Assembly (NCBI GenBank): GCA_965233865.1
Contig: OZ247587.1
Coordinates: 864,001-928,000 of the forward strand
Direction: 5' to 3'
DNA from: Candidatus Neptunichlamydia sp.
GTDB lineage: Bacteria; Chlamydiota; Chlamydiia; Chlamydiales; Simkaniaceae
DNA length: 64,000 bases
Part shown: piece after piece, positions 57,369-64,000 of the stretch
How positions within the stretch are numbered: the first letter of the stretch is position 1
How the letters are laid out: each line of letters starts with the position of its first letter
Notes under the pieces: generated by a model
Told to the model about the DNA's origin: nothing
What the model saw: only the letters and a program-made list of their open reading frames with translations
Database searches by the model: none
Translations under genes and position numbers: made by a program

Positions 57369-57977
57369 TTACGTTCTATAGTCAATTAGAACAAAGGAAG
57401 TAATTTTCCTTGGGAAATACCCTTTTAAGTAGCGTTTCATATCAAGAAGCTCCCTAGCATCATGCAGGACATCGGTAATGAGAAGAACAGACTTGTCTTG
57501 AAGGCTAGGGCCAGGAAGAAAGCAAGGGCATTTCAGAAGACGCGCTAGACTCCTTGCCAAAAGGTAGGAGGGCTCTCTTTGAGGAAAGAGCCTGTTGGTG
57601 TTTGGAACAACCGCATCGGGGATGGAAAAGGAAGAGCGACTCAGTGCAAGAAGGAGAAAGGCGGCAAGATCTTTCCCTTGCTTGGTTTTAAGAAAATGAT
57701 TGTAGAGAGAAAGGATGGGACCGCACCCTTCAAAAAGAGATAGATGAGGGCGAAGCGGGCGAGGGGATCCTTTGCACGGCTTGCAAGGGGATGGACCGGC
57801 GCAATAGATGCATCGCTCTTTTGAAGGAATCCATTCTATCAACTCAAGGCATGAGGGACAGAGAAGATGGTGCTTCTCTGCAAGGGATCCATCGCAATGA
57901 AGACAGTAAGAGGGATAAAAAAAATGGAGAATAGCTTTAACGCAAGCCGTACTTCGGATTCTCAAAGGTTCCCCCAA
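57369..57977 (-). CDS. ComF-like protein (double zinc ribbon plus degenerate phosphoribosyltransferase)
   Basis: YP..CLHC...LCPSC...RCIYC...CKPC, then a PRT-like VLLITDV. Start codon unclear. Confidence 0.65.
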   Translation of the reverse strand: MGEPLRIRSTACVKAILHFFYPSYCLHCDGSLAEKHHLLCPSCLELIEWIPSKERCIYCAGPSPCKPCKGSPRPLRPHLSLFEGCGPILSLYNHFLKTKQGKDLAAFLLLALSRSSFSIPDAVVPNTNRLFPQREPSYLLARSLARLLKCPCFLPGPSLQDKSVLLITDVLHDARELLDMKRYLKGYFPRKITSFVLIDYRT

Positions 57978-60900
57978 TCGATAGCGTAAAGGGTTCGGTC
58001 ACTTTGAGGAGAACATACTGCTTCATCTTAATGTTCACATTGATATTTCCATCAAAGTCTATATAGGAGTGTTCAATCGGCGAAAGGTAAAATTGTGAAC
58101 GCTTACCTTCACTGTAGCTGGATTTAAGTTCTGTAAAATAGACTCTACCATCTACGATTACATATTCTATTTCTCCTCGAACGGGAACCAGAAGTCCCAT
58201 ATCAAGGCCCAATCTCCCCAAAATTTCAAAGGGGATATCGAGGATATGGTAGTCCCTTTTGAAGGTATTGATAAAGTTAATGTTTCCTTTTCCAACAAAA
58301 CTTGAAGCATTGCCGAGGGTTCCACGAATATTATTAGCCCGCAATTCTCGAATAGTCAGGGGTTTAATTCGAGTGGGATACTTTCCAATTTTCTTCAGGA
58401 GACTGGGACGAAAATCCGTGATTACAACTTCAGGAACATTAAGCTCCCACTCTTCATTAGACTTTTTCATCATACGGATAGATTCTATTGCAAACATCCC
58501 AGAGGAATCACTAATTGTAAAGTTGTCGAGTTCGATGTGATCAGGACGAATATCAATTTCGCTCATAAGCGTCCCCATGAGAGACCCCATCAATTGAAAT
58601 TTCTTTCCCTTAAGATATCCCGAAAAATGACTCTCATCAAACTGAGTCTTGGAAATGACTAGGTCTCCGCTGAGCTCATACCCTTTGCCAATCTCAAATT
58701 CAGATACAGTGTTTCGTATGTCCTCCGGCATTAATTGAGCAAGTTTAGGAACATTTACTTTTAACTGCCCTGTAAGCGCCATTTTATCTAAGAAAGACTC
58801 TTTTGGATTATGGTGAAATGAAAAGTCAAGACCGCACACTCCTCCATCCATACTTTGAATAAAAAATCCCTCGTTTGCATTCCAATCTGTTTGGATCACA
58901 AGCGGCTGTTCCCCCCGCTGATCATTGCAGGTTTCTTGAATCACAAAACGAGAGGTAAAATGAGGATGAAATGAAAGGTCAGCTCTTAGGTCAAACGGGA
59001 GCTCGTCATACAGAGTATTCACGTTAACGGTTACGGTTTCTTTCTCATAAGCAAAGGAACAACTGCTTAGATACCACGCTTTATCTCCTACCCAATAGTA
59101 TCCTTCTTTTAAATACCCGCTTGCCATGGAAGATTCACCGAGCTCAAAATCAAGGGATGCCTCAATTTGGTTCTCCCACTCAATCGGATAACCAAAAACA
59201 ATCATTTTCTCTTTCTTGTATCCCAAATGGGGGAGTGAATGGGTCTGCCCAATAAAATGGACCATCTCTGGAGGAGCAATAAGTTTAGCTCCCTGTCCTT
59301 TAAGAATTCCGTCTCTATATCCTAACCAATCAAAGTGACATTTTGCCCACAGTTGATTCGACCGTGGGTGAAGAAAATTGAAAGCGGCTTGGCCTAAGGA
59401 AAACCCATTTTGTGGATTATACGAAATACGAAGAGCCTCTGGACTCTCTACCCTAAGGCGTCCTTTTCCAAACTCTTCACCTACGCAGTGCAGTTCGGAA
59501 TCAAAAGCCCAGTCTTTCCAGCCTCTCGAAAAGTCAAATATGAAGCTCCCTTTTGCAAAAAGGATCCCTTTCAAATAATCCCAATCAAATTCTGTATGGG
59601 GGAAAAGTGTTGCAATCTCCTCTAAGTTAAGTCGAAGTCCCTCAAGAGGGACTTGAAGCTGCCGTTTTTCTTCATCAAAAGTCACAACCCCACTCTTTAA
59701 AAAACTTTTCTTCCAAAGAACTTCTAAATCGGGAAGGTGCCACCGCGCCTCTTCTCTGACCATTGTCGCATGAATCTTTAATGAGCCCGCTTCAAAACGA
59801 TCTAAAGTAAAGCGATCACCTTGTCTTTGCCCATGCACGAGAAGGTGATCAAGATTAATCGACTCCAATCTAAGGCTAGAGCTCTTTGCATCAAAGGAGA
59901 AGCTCTCTTCCTTTCTATTAAACAAAAAGCCAAATTCTAATTCCCCTTCAACGTGGGGACCACGCATCTCATCTAACGTCTCTTCCTTAATAGGAAGAAG
60001 CCCTGCAGAATTAAGGAAGTCTAAATGGTGAACCAAATCAAGAGCTGATAACTTTGTTGCAACACTTGCACGGCTTAAAAATCCTTCGTGAAAGGCCAAA
60101 GTTTCCACCTCCATCCGTGCACCAAAGAAACGAGTGCGACCTGTATCGATATGAAAGCAAAACTCTTCCCCTTCCTGAGCCCCTCTTCCAACAACGCGAC
60201 AGATTTCATAGGTAGGTGCTTCAAGCCGACAATCGTAAATCAGAATTCCTTCTTTCGCATCAAGCTCCAGTACCGGAACATTCAAAGAGTAAGACTTGGG
60301 AACATTCCCCGCGGTTAAGGTGAGATTTCCTGCAACATCCTCAATTTTAAACCTCTCATCTTCTGCAGAATAGTAAAGGTTTCCTGATAAATTCTCAAAA
60401 CCGAAATTTTTTGAAAAGGGGTACTGTCCATTCCTCAAGTGAAGCGCAATCCGCCACTCTAAAAGCTCTTCTATATCCCCAATATATGCATGGAGATGCA
60501 TATCTCCTGGCCCACTTTTTATTGCTCCTGACAAAGGAAGTTCAACGCCTCGAAAAGATTCAAAATGATTGAGAAAGGTAAGAACATCTTTAGCCTCTCC
60601 ATCGATTGCATAGGTGTTTATCGTTAATTCATTGCGATCAGCGCGAGCAAAGTCAACGGCTATTTCTGCTTGAAAGTGAACTCCATCCGCTACTGCGTCA
60701 ACATTTTGAAACAAAAATTCTGTTCCTTCCAGGTCCACTTCTGAGGTGAAGGAATCAAATGAGAGTCCAAATGCGTGTTCTTGCACCTGGGCATTTTTGA
60801 GAGGAATTTTTCCCTGCCAAATTCCTTTCTCAAAGTCTAGAAAAAAATTGCAGTTAGGTGCTTTTTCCTTCCCCTCTCCTTTTGGCATAATATCGATAGC

Positions 60901-62955
60901 TTTTGATTCATATTTTAGATCTGTTGGATCAATACTAAATTCAACCGCTCGAGAATTAAACGTCCCCTCTATCCCAAGCGCCCCTCTCCCTCGAAAATCT
61001 CGGTGCCAAATCATCAAGGGAAGATTTAGCGTCCGAGCTGAGATCTTTTCAGCGTGGAACCACCCTAGTTCTAAGCTTGAAAGATACTCCCCAAGTGCAA
61101 ATTTTTCTAAGTCCCAATTCCACCCAAACTCAATAATATCATCTTTCTCACCCTCTCTTAGGAACCCTAAGCTTCCTTCAACACCCAATCGATCATCAAC
61201 AGTTTTCAGCTTCATATCAAGATCAAGCGCGACAGGCTCTGACATGTTTTTTGGTTTTTGAACCTGCAAAAGTTCGGCTAGTTCCTCAGGATGAAGAAGG
61301 ATATCGACATTAATGTTCAGATGAGAATAGAGTCCTTCAAAAGCAAATTTTCCATTGATTCCTTCGTAGCTGCAAGTCAGAGTAGAGGGTTTAAGATATT
61401 GATCATGCATCGCAACGAAGAGATCAATCCCTTCAATCTTCCGCTTTTGAATACTACACTCTCCCTCTACTACTTTAATTTCCCAATGTGTCCCATCAAA
61501 AAAATCTGGAGTCGAAAAATCAAACTCTCCTTTTCCAAAAATCTCATTCCCCTTCCAATGAAGATCCTTGCCATGAATGCTTCCTATTACCTGAGCTGCT
61601 TTAAAGTCGAGAATTTCACACCGAGTGAGCTTTTTATTTTCAACCCACCCAACGACTCTTCCGTCGAAAGTCCCTTGATCGATTGTAATTTTTTCAACTG
61701 CTGGAATATGGACTCCAACAAAATGTTGAAAGAAAGTGAGCTGATCAGGTGCAAGAGATTTCCCCTCGCCCTCAACAATAAATGTCCCTCCACCCTTTGA
61801 CGTCAACGCAATAAATGCTCCAATTTCTTCTTTATCAAAAAAACGAGCATCAAATGCGACCTTCCAAGTCGTATTGTCTTCAATGATCCCTTCTCCCACC
61901 AGATGAAAAGGAACTTTTTTTTCCTTCCGATGAAAGAGTCCATGGAATTCCATAAGTGGGGCATTCAAACGGCTAAAACGGAGGGAGCCATTGACATCAA
62001 CTGCTTCCCACACTTCATCATTTTTTGGATGATTAAATATTGCATGAAGTCCCGCGACTTCCCCTTCGCCTACAAAGTAAGGCCACAGATTTTCAAAAAA
62101 TGGATGAGACTCCCATCCTTTCATCTCAGCATTAGAAGTAAAGTGCTCTTTCCAAGTCAGGTGATGGAGATTCACATCCAACCCGTACTGTTGATGGGAA
62201 AATGCAAACTCTTCGATCCCCAAAGAGTACTTTACATATTCGATTTGTTTGGGCGCTGATAGAGCAAACTCTACAGTTCCACTAAGCTCTCCATTTTTAA
62301 CTTCCATGCTATTTTGGAGCGATGGAAGAAAAAATCGACTAATCTCAAACGCCCAAACAGTATCAAAACGCTCGAAGTTAAGATTAAAGTGCAATTGTTT
62401 TTCTTCTTTTAAAAAGGTAGCAACAAACGGAGTTTCTCCTGCTCCTTTGCTAATTTTTAGAAATCCTTTTTCCCCTTCCTCAGGACACTCAAATGTTATT
62501 TCAGCAATTTGATCACCAAAAATAAACTCTCCCGCTTGTACTTTCACAGGGGTTTTAAAAAATAGTTTATCGAGAATGTCATAAACACCCTTTTTCTTTT
62601 TTGGCTCCTTAAATTCACTAACCATCAAAGCAACTTGAGGGTGATCCATGATCACTTTCGGGGAAAATCTAAAGGGAAACATTTGAAGCTTGAAGGAAAC
62701 CTTTAAGTCATCGATCTTAACGTTAAAGGCAGGGCCCTCCTTTCCCTCTTTTCTTACAACCCTCACATCATGAAGCACCAGCTGTCCTTCATTGAGGCGC
62801 GCATGATCATAAGAAAAGTTAAGCCTTCCTCCTTTTGGAAGACGCGTTGACAAATAGGATTTAGCTCCAAAATAAATGAGAGGACGATGCCCCACTCCAA
62901 AGGCAATTAAAACCGCAAAAAGGGAAATAAACCAAATCAACGCTTTCTTTCGCAC
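57937..62955 (-). CDS. Large (1672 aa) membrane-anchored beta-rich protein, AsmA-like/TamB-like candidate
   Basis: Single N-terminal TM, alternating hydrophobic beta pattern throughout, C-terminal TLSIGGTFENPKY. Confidence 0.7.
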   Translation of the reverse strand: MRKKALIWFISLFAVLIAFGVGHRPLIYFGAKSYLSTRLPKGGRLNFSYDHARLNEGQLVLHDVRVVRKEGKEGPAFNVKIDDLKVSFKLQMFPFRFSPKVIMDHPQVALMVSEFKEPKKKKGVYDILDKLFFKTPVKVQAGEFIFGDQIAEITFECPEEGEKGFLKISKGAGETPFVATFLKEEKQLHFNLNFERFDTVWAFEISRFFLPSLQNSMEVKNGELSGTVEFALSAPKQIEYVKYSLGIEEFAFSHQQYGLDVNLHHLTWKEHFTSNAEMKGWESHPFFENLWPYFVGEGEVAGLHAIFNHPKNDEVWEAVDVNGSLRFSRLNAPLMEFHGLFHRKEKKVPFHLVGEGIIEDNTTWKVAFDARFFDKEEIGAFIALTSKGGGTFIVEGEGKSLAPDQLTFFQHFVGVHIPAVEKITIDQGTFDGRVVGWVENKKLTRCEILDFKAAQVIGSIHGKDLHWKGNEIFGKGEFDFSTPDFFDGTHWEIKVVEGECSIQKRKIEGIDLFVAMHDQYLKPSTLTCSYEGINGKFAFEGLYSHLNINVDILLHPEELAELLQVQKPKNMSEPVALDLDMKLKTVDDRLGVEGSLGFLREGEKDDIIEFGWNWDLEKFALGEYLSSLELGWFHAEKISARTLNLPLMIWHRDFRGRGALGIEGTFNSRAVEFSIDPTDLKYESKAIDIMPKGEGKEKAPNCNFFLDFEKGIWQGKIPLKNAQVQEHAFGLSFDSFTSEVDLEGTEFLFQNVDAVADGVHFQAEIAVDFARADRNELTINTYAIDGEAKDVLTFLNHFESFRGVELPLSGAIKSGPGDMHLHAYIGDIEELLEWRIALHLRNGQYPFSKNFGFENLSGNLYYSAEDERFKIEDVAGNLTLTAGNVPKSYSLNVPVLELDAKEGILIYDCRLEAPTYEICRVVGRGAQEGEEFCFHIDTGRTRFFGARMEVETLAFHEGFLSRASVATKLSALDLVHHLDFLNSAGLLPIKEETLDEMRGPHVEGELEFGFLFNRKEESFSFDAKSSSLRLESINLDHLLVHGQRQGDRFTLDRFEAGSLKIHATMVREEARWHLPDLEVLWKKSFLKSGVVTFDEEKRQLQVPLEGLRLNLEEIATLFPHTEFDWDYLKGILFAKGSFIFDFSRGWKDWAFDSELHCVGEEFGKGRLRVESPEALRISYNPQNGFSLGQAAFNFLHPRSNQLWAKCHFDWLGYRDGILKGQGAKLIAPPEMVHFIGQTHSLPHLGYKKEKMIVFGYPIEWENQIEASLDFELGESSMASGYLKEGYYWVGDKAWYLSSCSFAYEKETVTVNVNTLYDELPFDLRADLSFHPHFTSRFVIQETCNDQRGEQPLVIQTDWNANEGFFIQSMDGGVCGLDFSFHHNPKESFLDKMALTGQLKVNVPKLAQLMPEDIRNTVSEFEIGKGYELSGDLVISKTQFDESHFSGYLKGKKFQLMGSLMGTLMSEIDIRPDHIELDNFTISDSSGMFAIESIRMMKKSNEEWELNVPEVVITDFRPSLLKKIGKYPTRIKPLTIRELRANNIRGTLGNASSFVGKGNINFINTFKRDYHILDIPFEILGRLGLDMGLLVPVRGEIEYVIVDGRVYFTELKSSYSEGKRSQFYLSPIEHSYIDFDGNINVNIKMKQYVLLKVTEPFTLSIGGTFENPKYGLR

Positions 62956-63040
62956 AAAAAATCCTTATTTTTCCTACCTAATCGTAAAGGAAAAGGCAAA
63001 AAAAATAGAGGAAAAACTTCTTTTTCTACATTATGAAAAA

Positions 63041-64000
63041 ATGTTACGAAAAATTTTAGATTTTCATCTTCGTTTAACAGAGGATGGAGCGCGCCTCCAT
63101 CGCTTCCGCCCTCTTGTAAATGCGCTCGACACTTTTTTCTATGAGGTACCAATTAGAACAACGCGAGGACCTCACATTCGCGACATCATTGATCTTAAAA
63201 GATGGATGATGGTTGTTGTCTATGCCCTTCTTCCCTGCATCCTCGTTGCAATTTGGAATAGCGGTGTGCAATCCTACGTGTTTGGAAGCGGTAGTGTCGA
63301 AATTATGGACTCCTTTATCAGAGCTTCAGAAACTTTTGGAGGCTATTTTTCCTTTGGAAAATCACACTTTTGGCCCATTCTGAAACAAGGATTGATTGCA
63401 TTCCTTCCCATCATGTTCATCTCTTATGCCGTTGGAGGTGCATGGGAAGTTCTCTTTGCTGTGATCCGCCGCCACGAAGTTTCAGAAGGATTTCTTGTTA
63501 CCGGAATGTTATTTGCCCTAATCCTTCCTTCCACGATTCCTTACTGGATGGTTGTCGTTGGGGTTTCTACTGGCGTCGTGATTGGAAAAGAGCTCTTCGG
63601 GGGCACGGGAATGAACATCCTCAATCCCGCTCTTGTCTGTCGCGCCTTTCTCTTCTTTGCCTTCCCCACGAAAATGACGGGACCTGTGTGGGTAGGAACA
63701 AACCCCACTGAAATCCAACAAAGCATCGTCTCCATGAACCAGACCTCCGGAGAAATCGATGGCATTACTCAAGCATCAGCTCTCAATCGCTTTAACATCA
63801 GCCCCGATATTAAGCGAATCCATGTCGATGCAATTGGAATGAACTATGGGAAGGAGATAAAAACAGAGCGGATCATTAACCACCAACTGTCATTTTGGAA
63901 AAAAGGAGCAAGCTACTCAACGCTCTCTCCAAAAGAGCGAAAAACATTTGTCACTTCTTCCTTAAGCATTGGAGGGCTGGGGCTTTCGCCTGAAAACTAT
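63041..64000 (+). CDS. nqrB: Na(+)-translocating NADH:quinone reductase subunit B (runs off the window)
   Basis: Not in the ORF track. ATG 63041 gives MLRKILD...PHIRDIIDLKRWMM...EGFLVTG...KELFGGTGMNILNPAL.CRAFLFFAFP. Confidence 0.95.
   Translation, partial: MLRKILDFHLRLTEDGARLHRFRPLVNALDTFFYEVPIRTTRGPHIRDIIDLKRWMMVVVYALLPCILVAIWNSGVQSYVFGSGSVEIMDSFIRASETFGGYFSFGKSHFWPILKQGLIAFLPIMFISYAVGGAWEVLFAVIRRHEVSEGFLVTGMLFALILPSTIPYWMVVVGVSTGVVIGKELFGGTGMNILNPALVCRAFLFFAFPTKMTGPVWVGTNPTEIQQSIVSMNQTSGEIDGITQASALNRFNISPDIKRIHVDAIGMNYGKEIKTERIINHQLSFWKKGASYSTLSPKERKTFVTSSLSIGGLGLSPENY

Noticed and set aside
1..64000. CRISPR array, rRNA, prophage or defence island
   Set aside because: No regularly spaced repeats, rRNA-like sequence, phage structural genes or recognisable defence genes were seen by eye.

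Overview
A chromosomal segment from an environmental chlamydia (phylum Chlamydiota). The assignment rests on the ATP/ADP translocase, the ytgABCD operon with a YtgC-YtgR fusion, the fused 2-oxoacid dehydrogenase E1 and Chlamydia-like gene order. mraZ, a large NAD-GDH and many IS relics point to a non-Chlamydiaceae, possibly Simkaniaceae-like, lineage (inference). Most of the window is core genome: comEC, tRNA-His, ftsK, serS, VIT1 plus a P1B-4 ATPase, hrcA-grpE-dnaK with two CIRCE sites, mrp-ytgABCD-dxr-rseP, npt1, lepA, pcnB-lpxB, mraZ-rsmH-ftsL-ftsI-murE-amiA, dnaA, a comF-like gene, a 1672-aa AsmA-like gene and the start of nqrB. Four decayed IS elements (IS3, IS1, IS256, IS630) and several orphan, effector-like ORFs are interspersed. 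The most notable observations are: scattered relics of a probable polymorphic toxin/immunity system (1-394, about 14.0-14.25 kb, and an unannotated Ntox37-like tip at 40929-41042); an HCF101-like Mrp-DUF971 protein coupled to the ytg metal-uptake operon; an IS3 transposase frame reading through into comEC; an amiA stop codon supplied by an IS256 end; and a homopolymer frameshift in rsmH. All family assignments come from motif recognition by eye. No searches were run.
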